DNA of 64,000 nucleotides from Phoronis australis. Lineage: Eukaryota; Animalia; Phoronida. The notes beneath the pieces are model-generated. The model was not told the DNA's origin, searched no databases, and saw only the letters and a program-made list of their open reading frames with translations. Positions 1 to 12,419 of the stretch are shown here, one piece after another. The translations under genes were made by a program, and so were the position numbers. The stretch lies in assembly GCA_002633005.1 (NCBI GenBank), contig NMRA01000014.1, positions 521,898 to 585,897 of the forward strand, in the 5' to 3' direction. The first letter of the stretch is position 1. Each line of letters begins with the position of its first letter.

Positions 1-362
1 GGAGATAAATCCGAAGTATTCTTCCGTGAAATACAGACCTGATCACCAGGCCCGGGGTTGCGGCCGGACTGACTCGTTATCCCAGCCAATGACTAGGAAA
101 CCGATCAGGCGCGGCCGCCGGGACTGGCACGAACATAAATCAGGTTGAGTTGGAAACTAAAACTCCAGTCACGAAAAGCCTATAATAATGAGCTAAAGAA
201 ATAATGTGCACGTAATTATTTATGTGAATTAGCCACAAAACTGGAAATCTAGTATTTACTTGTCGGGGGCGGCGAAGTCGGGTTCCCGTTCCACAGACCG
301 TCAGAGCAAAGGTTGTACAGTAACAATGCCTTGAATAATGTATTTGTATTTCTAAATAAAGA

Positions 363-1319
363 CAGTGGCGGATCTAGGATATCACAAGGGGGGCAACATT
401 TTGTCTGTAAACAATTGCACAAAGGACAATTGTAGATGCGCATAGCACCAAATGGTGGGAGGACCAGGAATTTTTTCTCTTTTTCCACTAAAAATCAAGC
501 ATTTTCCTTGATTCCTGAAGTATTATCCAAGAAAAAAGACAAAAAAGGAGAACGTGTCAAACAGGAAAAACTGCATCTACTACAGACTCGAACTCACGAC
601 CTGGCGGATAGAGCGCGCGTGCTTTAGCACTGCACCACCACGATTTTACACCCATTAAGAGGCCTACTTGTTTATGGCCCACAGCGTTTGCGCGCCAAAC
701 CTACTTCATTTTGTAATGCTTATTGCACGTTGTATATTTTTTTGCAATCCGTTCGTATCAAATTTGTGTGTTTAAATTTGTCTTCAATTGCCCGAAAGAC
801 CAAATCCGTTTTTTGTGTCGGCATTAATGACGCGATTGCTTTGGAAAGTTAAACTTTGACAAAGAGAGAATTACGATTTATTTTCTCAGTGATTCACGAA
901 GGCTTCGATTAAAATTCACATCTTACCAGCAGCTTCTGTTTTTTTTCACGTCACTCAGATTCCACTTTCTTTGCAAAATGAAGAAACTTTCTTCATTGCA
1001 AGTGAAGCAGACGACGGAAACGGAGTCGTAGTGCGGAGCGCCACTGCCGGTCGCCTGGGATATCGCGGGAGAACCTACACTTAGCCATAGTTCGTTAAGA
1101 ATTGCGCCGTGTTCCGAATTTGACACATGAAATTGGATCTGAGCCCCCTCCCAAAAAACACTGAAACTGCACACATTTATATCTTGTTTCAGTCGTATAA
1201 TTTTAATTACCAGGGTTAATTAATAAACTCAACATTCCCCTACACTCTTGCTGTTTTATTTTTTTGCGGCAGCCAAGGGGGGAGGGCAGGCCCCCTGGGC
1301 CCCCCTGAATCCGCTTATG
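363..1319. mobile_element. MITE inserted in Kolobok-like copy 1
   Basis: TIRs CAGTGGCGGATCTAGG / CCTGAATCCGCTTATG with a 5-bp duplication AAAGA (358-362, 1320-1324). Absent from the homologous site in copy 2 (~52745). Confidence 0.8.
580..642 (-). other. tRNA-derived Pol III promoter-like segment inside the MITE
   Basis: Minus strand reads GGTGGTGCAGTGCTAA (A-box-like) then GGTCGTGAGTTCGAGTC (B box). No full cloverleaf. Confidence 0.5.
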
Positions 1320-1616
1320 AAAGAACATGTGACCAGAGCATATAAAATCGAGTTATTGTTTTACAACAACTTTCTGTCATCAAACACTGAATAAAGCTTG
1401 CGCTCACACGGCCTCGGATTCCGGTCACTGTTGCCAGCATCGAAAGCCGGTAACGCTACGGTATATTCATTGCTGTTTTCTCAAAACATTTTCACTAACG
1501 AGCACTTACAAAGTGTATCTAATGAGACAGACTTTGTTTCAGTTTCACATATTAAGCAATGGTTAGGATGAGAATAATTCATTTTGAAACAGAACGCAGA
1601 ATAATAAACGTCTACA

Positions 1617-1765
1617 TGGCAACTCGCCCGGCGCCACTCCCCACTCATCCGACTTCACGGATCGGATCGTTAGGTTTCACAGGCTATTATTTCGAACCGG
1701 AATACACTGATCAAGAAATATTAGAGAGGCGCCGTGAACATGCACAGGCAACGGAACGTATGGAT
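1617..1765 (+). pseudogene. KolX/P2X7-ballast-like N-terminal relic
   Basis: GFTGYYFEPEYTDQEILERRRE resembles the Y.FEPEY..EE motif at the start of Kolobok KolX proteins. It runs convergently into the THAP relic. Confidence 0.5.
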
Positions 1766-1769
1766 AGTT

Positions 1770-1991
1770 CTTTGGTAAGCCGGAATTCGTCAGAGAAATC
1801 ACTGTCAACGAAATGCCGGCCACAGACGCGGAGATGTTTCACTGCCTCATACTTGCTATTAACAGCATACCTTTCATTATTCACTACCACGACCCACTTC
1901 CTAAGCAATTCGGGCTCTAGAAGAAGTCGAAAAACGATATACCCGCTTTCTTCACAGCTTCATAGTTTGGACAAGCGCAATATAGCGGCAT
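1770..1991 (-). pseudogene. THAP zinc-finger domain relic (transposase N-terminus)
   Basis: MPLYCACPNYEAVKKAGISFFDF/EPELLRKWVVVVNNERY...HLRVCGRHFVDSDF carries the C..C, F.F, W and CxxHF THAP motifs, with a frameshift. Confidence 0.8.
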
Positions 1992-3028
1992 TCACTCTGC
2001 AGATGAACCACTGACGTCGCTGCGTCGTTTCTCACCTTCCTCACAGGGTAACGCGACACCTCTCGGCAAGGTGAGGTCGATCGTGCAAGAGCCGATGTGG
2101 ACATAGACCGATTAAGACAGTAAAAAAGACTAATTAAATCGGGTGTCATTTTCCTTAAACATATTTCTTGGCTTTTACCGCAGTTGTAGACTTGTAAATT
2201 GTACAACAACTGATTACTGTAGATTTTCTTGAATGCTCATTATTGTCACTGCTAAGTCAACATCTGGCTTCGAAACATACCGAGTGTAAACTCTACCTTG
2301 AAAATTATTCTAAAGAAAGTGATAGTAAATAGGGATTTTTTCATCCAACGTTCCTAATTTGAGGGATAAGATCCTATTTATTTGCATTGGAATTTAGGGT
2401 TGCGTACATGTTATGAGATTTTATACATCAAAGAGTGGCCCATAATAAGCATAAAATTGCGAGTAAGCAAAGATTTACGGTAATGTTAAATTAGCCCTGA
2501 CACCATCGTTTGACCTCAAAGCACTTCAATTTCTTGAGAATTTCACAGCCGCACGAACTTCAAGAGAAGGCTCTAAGACAATATGATTCCTCTACGAGTG
2601 TCTTCAAACTACGGAATTCGTAGATTTCCACAGAAATTGTAGTTTAAATAATCCACATTTAAGAGGTAATGATCTGGCGGGATTCTCGTACAACCACGGA
2701 GGCCTATTCAGTAGCTCGCAAGAAATCATAAGGAAGGCGTTCTCACGGTGTTCGCAGCTTTCGTAATGGCGCAATGTATTCGTGGTCAATGTATTACACA
2801 AAGTAATTTTGCAGGCTATTTGGCTCGGATAATTTTCTTACAAAGCATTCGGTTACGCCTGCTGAGACCCAATAAGAAATGTGGTTTTCCGTTGGCATCC
2901 TGTTGTCTAAATCAACCAGTTTTGGAAATAAGCGTAAGAAAAATAATGTGGAGTATGACATCTTATTCATGAACACTGAAGTTTAAAATCCAAAATGAGA
3001 TGCACACAGTCTTAATTTTCGTTCAAAG

Positions 3029-3179
3029 AGATGCTTTGGCTGGTTCGGCCGTTTGTGCCTTCCGGTACGATGACGTCAGAGAAGCGTTGGAGACAGGCGA
3101 CTTCATGTACCGTGACAACACCCTAAAGAAGTGGATGACTAGACCAGCCGGCCACATCCAAAATCCGCATCCATTCAAT
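3029..3179 (+). CDS. Semaphorin, internal exon (Sema domain); upstream exons were not located and probably lie outside the window
   Basis: Translates DALAGSAVCAFRYDDVREALETGDFMYRDNTLKKWMTRPAGHIQNPHPFN, with the Sema-domain GSAVCAF...W...P.P.P motif. Acceptor is AG at 3027-28 (or 3029-30); phase-0 GTAAGT donor at 3180. Confidence 0.9.
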
Positions 3180-4946
3180 GTAAGTATGGCACACCATGTT
3201 ATGAATATCTTTCCCTGAACGGAGATAACGTAAATAAAATATGACATTTTTGGGTAAATGCACACGTCTGACAAATTTCGGATGAAATTCTCCACGTCCC
3301 TTAGTAATCAAACGGAATTTAGAGCAGATTCCACAAATGTGTTCCAAAATGAGGTATTTTAAAAGTCTGGATGCTGTCAGGGCTACCTGAAATCGCAGCA
3401 GAATCTTCGGTCACCGCTTCGCGGGACAGCACTGATAAGAGAACCGCAACTTTGGAGAAAACAAATCTGCATTCGAACAAGAAGACCTTTTTGAACCATA
3501 ACATTTTCACGGTCACAAAGAGACCAGTTTCGTTGATAGTACCGCCCATGCATACTTCAAAACTGCCACCACACCTGACCTGCCTGAACAAAATTAAACT
3601 TCCCTGTTGGCTAAATAAAGTGTAAGTAGAGTGCCATAATCGATGACTTTTAATTCACAACAGAATCACCAAACGATCATTTCCAAACGGGAATCTCCTA
3701 CGGGCAAAGTTTTTGAAATAGGACAAAAAGTTTGTGAGCGTTCTCGCCACCAAAAAAATGCGCCCGCATGCATTTTGGAAAATCGCGTGACTAGGTGTTT
3801 TAAAAAGGAACCGTTTCCACAACTGGTATCCAACGCTTCGACGGTAACGGCCTTTTCAGTTAGAATCATGTGAACTTTTTTCTCGAGCATGTCTTTATTA
3901 TTTGGAAAGGCATGTAAAATACATCCTGAAAGAAATTTTGGTCACCTGTTTCTATCTCTGAATGGAGTAAGACTGGGTAAGTATAGCGATGGTCGTGGTG
4001 CGTTGTTCGAACTTCAGTGTAAAGCTGCAAAAAGCAAAGAAATAAATTAAGCCACCCAAAAACCTGTCCCGTATCATTTCTTGCCATGAGCAGTATGCCT
4101 TATGAACAACAGTGTCAAATCCATCAGCGATTCAAAAATACGCTTCAATAGTTGGGTATGGCTGACCTCTTTAAAATTAAGAATTTGTAAATTGTGAAGG
4201 TACGCGTCCCCTGTGACTTCAGTTGTCGGCTCATTCAGCAATAATCCAGGATGGGATGAATGTTTTTATATGTTAAATCCTTGAAACGACTTTGTTTAAC
4301 ATTAAAAATGATTTCTTGGAGGGGGCAATGTGCGCCATCGCAATTTGACAGCAGATGGTTAACTGCCCCACGTGAGACAACATGTACCATGATCGCAGTC
4401 ACATGGTGTCACCGAAACGACAAGATGTGTCGAGTGTGACATGCATATCAAGACAGACCTCAAACACTTGAATCAGCGACAGCTGCCATTTTGTAACGGT
4501 AATGTTCACGTAGTTAAAAACCACTCAAAATCTGAAATCGTTCATTTGCATCGTGATATGCTGATACGCTTGTCAAACTGCCGTGTTATGTGCTTTGCCA
4601 TGTCTTAATCGCCGAAGGATCGGCAACATGAGTTGACTATGCAAGGCGGATGTAAATACATGTATCCCACACGGACTCGACCAAACAGTCTCGGCAAACC
4701 GTTTAGTATCTGCATGGACAATTTCGTAAAGGATAATAATAGTAATTGATCCCTCCAACACATTTTAAATCCTCCCGGGCTATATAGACTCAATTCTTAA
4801 CTGTAAAATTCTTTCATTCCGAATGTTTGGGTGTGGATGATGATAAATGGTTCGGCACCATTGGCGTGTCTTTTCAATACCTAAAACTAAATTTACCGAT
4901 AGGATGTGCTCCGTAATTACGCAGTTGTTGTGGAATGTAATTTCAG

Positions 4947-5160
4947 TGTCGAAATAACAAACATCGGATGCCTACTTATTTCAATAACGCGGGCGAATTT
5001 ATTCAAGCCCACCCACTTGTAGACAAAGTTGTGCCTTCCTTTGGGGACCAACCTCTTGTTACGCTCAACGGCTCGGACGCAAGGTTCACTTTTGTCGCCG
5101 TAGACTTCCAGGTGGTAGCCGCCGACTTGTCAACCCACGATGTAATATTTGTAGGAATGA
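4947..5160 (+). CDS. Semaphorin, internal exon (Sema domain)
   Basis: tttcag acceptor and GTAAGT donor at 5161. Reads CRNNKHRMPTYFNNAGEFIQAHPLVDKVVPSFGDQPLV...FTFVAVDFQVVAADLSTHDVIFVGM, with the F...HPL....VP....PL and DV.F.G Sema motifs. Phase 0 to 1 fits both neighbouring exons. Confidence 0.93.
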
Positions 5161-7173
5161 GTAAGTTTACATATACTATAGCTATATTTACATTGTATAA
5201 TAGAGCTGTTTCGAATGTTTCCCAACAAGTTGTATGCGCCATAGAGAAAAGAATAAAACTGGTTCCAGAGCACTTTTTGGAAAATGTCACTTTTTGATAT
5301 CCCACATGTACAGTTTGATTATCAACGAAAACACCGTTAAAACGATTAAAGGAAAACGAATGATGAAAAATGAAGCTTGAACTCTGAGAAATCTTTCATT
5401 TTCCCCTTTCTGTTGTTATCAATTGCGAACAACGCAATCAGTGAATTATAAAATGTGTTACTTGCAATTCGTTTACAGCCATGGATTTTGAGCACGAGTT
5501 TTAGCAGGATTCAAAGTTCTGGCGCTAAATGATTTTTTCTGAGTCCACTATTGATTTCACTGATTTTTTCATTTTTCTTCCCTCAGATTTTACTTTAGAC
5601 TTTCTTTAAATGTACACTGTATGGAGCATAAACTCAAGGTCTTTATCACACTTACATGTAAATCCTCTCACATATTCTTATACTTTTGTGCAAGTATGTT
5701 CCATTTACTAACATCATCAGCAAGTTGGAATTTGTCCTTTCGCAAGGTATCCAATGTTGACATTTTCAGAATCCTAGCTAATCCTGAAATAATGCGTTTT
5801 TTCAAAGAGATTTGTTTATTCATCACAAAAGACGTCGCATTGAGTTCGCAAAGTATTATTTAATTTGCGAGATCTATGCGACGGTCATGGTTATCGTTGT
5901 TTTCTTTGTTGCGTCCTTGTTGGACATGATACAGGTAGCATTAATATCGTACCTTGGGCGCACATAAATCCGTTACCGATATCTTTATCATAAGAAAGAA
6001 AGACTAGGTGAACAATGGATTCGCCTTTCTATCGATATCTACAAGACGAGACTACGGCGTAGTTTCTCTGGGAACACAAGTGTTTCATGTATTGGAATGT
6101 GTGCCCAGATTTCGCTAATACGCGCAGACTGATGTATTTTCCTGAACGCTATATCCAAGACTTGGAATCAAACGTCATGCGGGTGGCATTAGGCTATATT
6201 AGTTATGCGTCCACCGCCTTAAATAAAAGCCGAACATGAAACAATTCAAAGGCAAACAAATTAATTGCTTGTCATGTGTGACATGCTAACTTTAGAGGGA
6301 ACACAAGGCTTGGGGAACATTGTGAGTAAGAGCCAACGATGAGAGGGAACATAGCAGTGGAGTAACATCGAGACCAGTGTAATCAGTATTGGGATACACC
6401 CCAAGCTAAGGACACGAGATTAAAAAGAAAAAAACAGGAAAAATGCACAACGCTGTCTCTGGGCCAGATCAAAATAGAACAATAATGCGCTTGTCCCTCT
6501 GATACCGCCTCAGGCCACAGGGTTGTCAATAAAAACAACAGTGTTCCGTTAATTTTTGTTCAAGTAAAACGCTTAAAATCTGCGTCAGTGGTTTTAGTAA
6601 AAACTTGTTATATTTGTCTATGACGATTTTAATTTAAATTTTATTGGACAAAATTAGCAAACGTGTCGTCCTATGACCGCATGCAACATTTGAAAATATC
6701 TTGAGTATCTTGCCTTAATTACACCTAATGTCATTGTTCTTAAAAAAGTTTTTCGCTAAAAAACTAATTTAACGAAAAATTGCACGTTTGAACCCAGGAA
6801 CTTTTAATTCAATAGCATAGAATTGCATCAAAACAGAAGTGTCGCATCCCAAATGGTCACTGAAATGTTTTTATGACCATAGCGTGGGCTGTGGCCTAAG
6901 ATGCAGGCTCCAAATGTTCATACGCACTCAAAATTCATGTGGAACGTCATGTTTTAAAGTATACACATACGAGACCGTATAAGAAAGATTATCTCGATTT
7001 CAAAAATATTTCATAGTTTCGGCTGCCGCAAAATATGTTGTTTGGTGAGCACTCCGAGTCTTGGGTGGTGGCTTTTTAGTACACCAGGTTGCCGTATTCA
7101 ATGCGTCCCCGCCATTGATTCCACGGCCTTTGAACATTTAGTTAGTGGTCTGACAATTTCGTTTGATTTCAAG

Positions 7174-7503
7174 GCAACGGGACAGTCCGAAAGATGGTTA
7201 ACGCCGGAACTTTCAAAAAGCCTGAAGTAGTTGTGGTCCAGGACTTACATTTATTCGACGGTGCACCTGTGGATAACATTAAAATACACAGAAGTGGCTA
7301 TGTCGCCACGTTGTTCGTGGTCTCCTACAAACAGATTAAAAAAGTGCCCGCATACAGCTGCCTGACCTACAGGTCTTGTAATAGCTGCGTGGAGGCTCGC
7401 GACCCGTACTGCTCGTGGAACCTGGACAGGTTGAGATGCGAGTATTCGCTCCTCGGTGACCGAGTCCAGGATTTGAGATGGGGGTCTCCTGGCTGGTGTG
7501 CAG
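7174..7503 (+). CDS. Semaphorin exon: end of Sema domain plus PSI domain
   Basis: Phase-1 acceptor at 7172-73. Reads SNGTVRKMVN...KKVPAYSCLTYRSCNSCVEARDPYCSW...C...RVQDLRWGSPGWCA, a canonical PSI C..Y.SC..C...RDPYC.W motif. Phase-1 donor GTACTT at 7504. Confidence 0.93.
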
Positions 7504-7928
7504 GTACTTAAACTGCATACTAAAATAATTCTTGGCAGTCTGGTGCGCAGGCCGCTCGTGGGCCTATTGCACCGACCACTTAGAAAAAAATAATTAGGTC
7601 TAATCAACACCGAGATGAGTAGAAACTGGACCCAGCGAGACTTGAATACTTATATGCTAACTAAAGCCTCAATTTCTACGAGTGAAGTTTTATGCTCTAC
7701 ATTCAACCTAAACATCAGAGCCGGCGCATTTATTTTAGACCTGTTCAACCCGTATCATATTGGATGTTTTGCCTCAGCAACGCATTTCACGATTATGGCG
7801 ATAATATCGCCGCTAGTTAGTCTTATCGTCTTAATGACTGCATGTTAGAGGGTAACGACATGCCTTTGAGCGCGAATGATTGATTTCTGAATGTTTTTCC
7901 TCTAGATGTATCTTACCCAGCGCTTCAG

Positions 7929-7984
7929 CTGCTTTTGGATGTCACCTGTACACATTCACTAGCCGTACACTGAATCTGCAACAG
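7929..7984 (+). CDS. Possible small linker exon of the semaphorin
   Basis: cttcag acceptor and GTTAAT donor, phase 1 to 0, open (AAFGCHLYTFTSRTLNLQQ). It keeps the frame only together with 12152-12182. No homology support. Confidence 0.25.
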
Positions 7985-8339
7985 GTTAATTTCTAATCCA
8001 GTCGCTCAGCAGCCAAAACCCACAAAACATTTACACCTCTGATTAAAGCACCAAATTTAACATCTGAATCTCACAGGGGTCGACTACACATATTTTGAGG
8101 TAATGGTCAAGGTCAAATCAAGGTCAAAGGTCATGTGTTTGATTTTCATTTTTGAAATGTCTTGACACGAAATATCTGCTTCATTACTGTTTCATGTGAT
8201 AAAGAGGAGGCTTCAAATTGATGTTGATAACTTTAAAAACAAGTTAAATTAAAAAATAACACGGTAAATATCAGAATTAATAGAGCATTTATATTGTTGT
8301 AAAACCTCCGTCATATAAAGCTTTTGTCAGAGAATGGAT

Positions 8340-8545
8340 GCCTGGATGGCTACAAGAACGCCTAGTTAGGTATAACAATTCACATATCTTTAGACACTTG
8401 GAAAACAATGCTTCTTGTGGAGAGACTGATGAGAAACGCAGCTGTAAGATTGTTGACAGCGATATTAATCGCTATAGCACGAAACTGCGTGAAGCCATTC
8501 ACATTCAGAGTTCGGAAACTTCCTCACTCAATGATTCGTTGACAC
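8340..8545 (+). mobile_element. Penelope-like element GIY-YIG endonuclease C-terminal relic
   Basis: SHIFRHLENNASC...CKIVDSDINRYSTKLREAIHIQ...SLN matches the H...I+D.....+.EA+.I....LN pattern of Penelope GIY-YIG C-termini. Confidence 0.65.
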
Positions 8546-8779
8546 TTTTGTGCCGAGTTGTGATTCGATGATTGCTCGCTAATCCTGTTCTGGTATTTTT
8601 GAGTGGTTTGGATTTTTCAGTATACTGTACCTATCGCCATCCAGGCATCTATTCTCTGAATAAAGCTTGACAATGGAGGATATTTACTGCCGAAACATGT
8701 TTTTATTCAAACTTTACTTGCGTTTGTTATTGCAAGATGTTTCCGTAGAGTTTTCTCAATTTATTTTTAGCCTTGCCAC

Positions 8780-9030
8780 GTTGCGGTTCAGTAAAGAACC
8801 AAAGATGTCCTACATGATGGTGACAAAGTTTCCTGGGCTGCTTACCATGCAGAACAGCAGACTTAATCACCAACTCAACAAGGAGTGTCTGCATTCCAAG
8901 CTCTATTCAATGAAAAACGGGATACAGTGTCTGTGATAAATCATCGTCAAGCAATCAACAGACAAACCTAATCCGGGGTTAACATTTGTAGTTGCTGTAG
9001 ACCAGCCACATTACACTCTGTGTCATCATA
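8780..9030 (+). pseudogene. Relic of a large uncharacterised dispersed-element protein, part 1
   Basis: Frameshifted VSWAAYHAEQ...FQALFNEK...PG..FVVAVDQPHY, motifs I recognise from multicopy uncharacterised invertebrate proteins (SWAAYHA, PLF.E, DQPLY). Confidence 0.55.
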
Positions 9031-10828
9031 ATTATTATAGACAACAGATTCGCAACTCCAACATTTTCTCCCGTGCTACCCATGAGGAGGCGCCACTCAC
9101 TTAAATTATCTGGTGCAGTCTCCTGATAGTGTATTGTAACGGGAAATTCTCGCATCTACTTTACTGTCCAGTACAACGAAAAAAAAATCGGCATTGAAAC
9201 GCTGTCCAAAGTCTTGCAATAGTAGAACAGCTCGTACCGTGAGTGCTTTTGGCAATGCTACTGGTCATTAGTTACAGAATTCAAACTTCGGTCTCGACTA
9301 CTTTTGTCGTCTGCTTGCACAAAAGTAGCATAGATACCGGACAGTTTGTGATTCATGGTTCACATACTGAGAAAACTACGAAAGCATATTTGTGCACAAA
9401 TTCTAAGGAGTACCTGTGAATGCATAAGATACTTATATAACATTTTTTTAGAAAATAATTTCGATGAAAAAATGCACCTCTGCAACGATTCCACTGGTCT
9501 AACCTTTGTATGTTTATAATTCAACATTGTCAAGTGAGCAGTTCTGGGTAGTGTTAAGTGGCCATTAAAAGGGCCGTTGGTTGTACTGTGCATTAGCTTT
9601 AGGTATAGCGTGAAATGTTTCTTAAAAGAACCGGTCAATAATCCAACATAAATCGCACAGTATACCGTGCTCATTCAAGTTTTCATCAGGGAAGGTTGGA
9701 TGAAAATAAAGATGACAATATCGATGACAGTCGTAGCACCTTAATTAAGTGTTACCGTTGACCAACGATGTCACGAACCCTGCCTCGCTCAGTTCTTGTT
9801 CCTGGATTCACAAGTAATCCTGAACCGCAGGGAAAAAGACATACAACAAAACGGATCCAATTTCGAAAATCATTGCCTTCGTACGATTCCGTGTTGCTGT
9901 CGCCAGACTGATATCCTTCCCAGCACCCATGTCAAAAATTGGCGTTTCAAGTTTTGGAAAACTGCGTCTTTTGTTTCTAACGTTTAACCCATATTTTAAG
10001 AAAGGGGCGTACTGATTTTGTCTAATGTTGATAGAGCATAACTTTTGGTTCTTTACAATATATTAATCGTGATGAATGCATTTATATTAAGTGGTCTCAT
10101 TGAGTTGAACAGCAAATAAATCGAATGTAATACAATATAGTTTTGAAAATAAATAGAGCAATAACAGGACTCATTGAGAATCAAGCTTGTTTTCGAAAAC
10201 TGCGCCATTGGTGATCTGATTGGTTCTTGCACTTACAGCGGGAAAATTATCGACCAAGCATTGTGCACGTGTGCACTGTAGCAACACTTTGTATCTTATT
10301 CTTAAGTGGCCAATCAGTTGATACAGTAAATTTCCTTATTTATGACCATCCTGATTTGACCCCAACTTTAGGTTGTTGGGTTCTACCATATTGTGGTTGG
10401 CTTAGGGACCCACATGGTGCATACTCAAATGGGCTTCATTTTACCGACTATTTCAAATTGTGTATGTGAAGTAAATAAACAAAGTGGGTGATTATCATCT
10501 CTGTAATTTCATCAGAAGTATCTTTTGCCGGGTGTTCAAATTTTCCGAGACTAAGGATTGTCACATTTGTCAGATAGAAGTGTTTCGCAGGACTTCCTGG
10601 TCTGTGGCTTTATTTATACCGGACCAAAATTAAAAAAAGGCCCTTGTTTAAATCAGGAACTGCACAAAAATAATTTCAGGCAGTCTGATACACGTTGCAC
10701 CAGACGTGCGCAGGCAGAGCATGTGGGTCCGACGCACTGTTCACTTGGTAGCAGTTTTATGCTTTATTAATATAGAGTTAAATCAAAATGAGGAGCTTGA
10801 AACCTGATTCAAAGGTATAGCAATTTGA

Positions 10829-10897
10829 CCCAGTGGGATTCAAACACACGACCTTGGGGAAAAAGCAGGCACCAATCACACTACGCCACACTGCCTT
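10829..10897 (-). mobile_element. tRNA-derived SINE head
   Basis: Minus strand GGCAGTGTGGCGTAGTG (A box) then GGTCGTGTGTTTGAATCCC (B box). Same 5' end as the copy at 48042. Confidence 0.55.
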
Positions 10898-12151
10898 TTC
10901 CAGGAGCTGCATAGTCTGTAGGGTGTTATTTGTGCAGACGTTTCTATGCGTTGCGAGTTTTATAAAAAAGGGTCAGTCGGTAGCCAACTACGGTAAATTG
11001 ATAAGACATTGCGTGCAGTGCAACTGAAGTCCATAAAAAGTAAAACTGGATTTCCAAACCGCTTGATCTGGTTTGACATTTCACGCAATATTTCAGAAGG
11101 ACAATACTTAATATCCTTTAGGCACGGGACCCTTTTGTTACAACAGGAGTAGGATTGGTTCATTATGTACCCTAGATATGGTATAGGACTTTACAAAACC
11201 GGTTGAAGAATTTTGTTTTTATCATAAACTTTCGTTTTAAAGACTTAGGGTTGGAAATATTAGGACGTAAAGAGGTAATTTAAAAGAAAATTGTCCGCTT
11301 ACAAAAGTCAAACATTGAAGAATAAAAACAACCTTCACATTCCTCTGGTGTTCCTGTTCCATGTTTGCAAAGAAGTTGAAATTCGGGTAAGGTGGTTGTA
11401 TTTACATCAACTGCAATTTACTAGGCTAAGATGGTCTACAAATTTGTGCGGCATGTATTCGACATGAAATGAGTGTGTAACCTGCTATTGAACTGCGAGA
11501 TAGATTTTGAGTAGGCCAGTTGGTATTTTTCTGGAGTATTAATGTGATCTTTACTGGGGGGAGGGCTCGGGGGCTCGAACGAGTCCCCCAATTTGGATAA
11601 TTGGGCAAAAAGGTCCGTATCAGTGAAACAAAAAGTCCGAGTAAACGAGAAAAAGTCCACAAAATCCACGGGAAATCGACGCGGATGCTCACAATTCTCG
11701 GGCCTGAACCTAGTGGCCTCGTTTTATAGTCCTTGTTGAATCCGTTCATTAAATGTCCTCATACCGAAAAATTCGAGCCCCCCTATACTTCAGGCTGGTT
11801 GCGCGCAAGCCGACTAAATATGCGCATTCTGCTGAGATACTAAACGCCTGATTAGGGCTAGCAAAGATGACTAATTTGGTTAATTCGCACACTAGACTAT
11901 GGCTGAAGTTCCTCGTAAGGACAGGAATACGTGAATCACTATCTTTTGAAAGAATTTAGCGGACAATTTTCGTCAAAAAATTTACCAGGTAATGTACATT
12001 AAAAAGGAGTATAAAACAATGGATATATGAAATAAAATTACGTCAGTAGTAGGTCTACCAGAACAGAAGGTCTTAACAAACAAAGTGTCTTTAACATATA
12101 TATAATTATTTTCACTAACGTTTATAAATACAAGAAGTTTTTCTCCCACAG

Positions 12152-12182
12152 CCGATTATGGGGTCTCCGTACGCTATGGAAG
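12152..12182 (+). CDS. Possible 31-nt micro-exon of the semaphorin
   Basis: Strong acceptor ttttctcccacag and donor AG|GTAACG. In phase 0 it reads PIMGSPYAME and ends in phase 1, compatible with the TSR exon. Confidence 0.3.
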
Positions 12183-12419
12183 GTAACGCCTTTGCATTTC
12201 GCCTGTGTGGCCGAACACCTGGCCACACAGCAACCAACCATGATTAGCACACGACGTACTTGCCGGAAATAACACGAGATAATTTGGCCAGGTGACGCTA
12301 ATGACTAATGACGTAACGGCTTGTGCCAAACGGCACAGATTTCTTTCATTGAACGTAAACAGAGTTGGCTGTCCATGTACTATATTTTATGGTGTAAGTA
12401 AAAAACAATGAAAGTGGCT

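Larger units (their letters stand above)
1..2154 (-). mobile_element. Kolobok-like non-autonomous DNA transposon, copy 1 (continues beyond the window start)
   Basis: Terminus GGGTGTCATTTTCC followed by TTAA (2155-58). Frameshifted THAP domain on the - strand from ATG 1991. Reverse-complement homology to 52000-53190 and 35964-36240. Confidence 0.75.

Noticed and set aside
8100-8135. GGTCAAGGTCAAATCAAGGTCAAAGGTCA cluster of nuclear-receptor-like half-sites
   Set aside because: This motif is a common component of invertebrate interspersed repeats; there is no independent evidence of enhancer function.
10227-10469. CWVLPYCGW resembling a second PSI motif
   Set aside because: The remaining PSI cysteines and a convincing donor are missing; likely chance.
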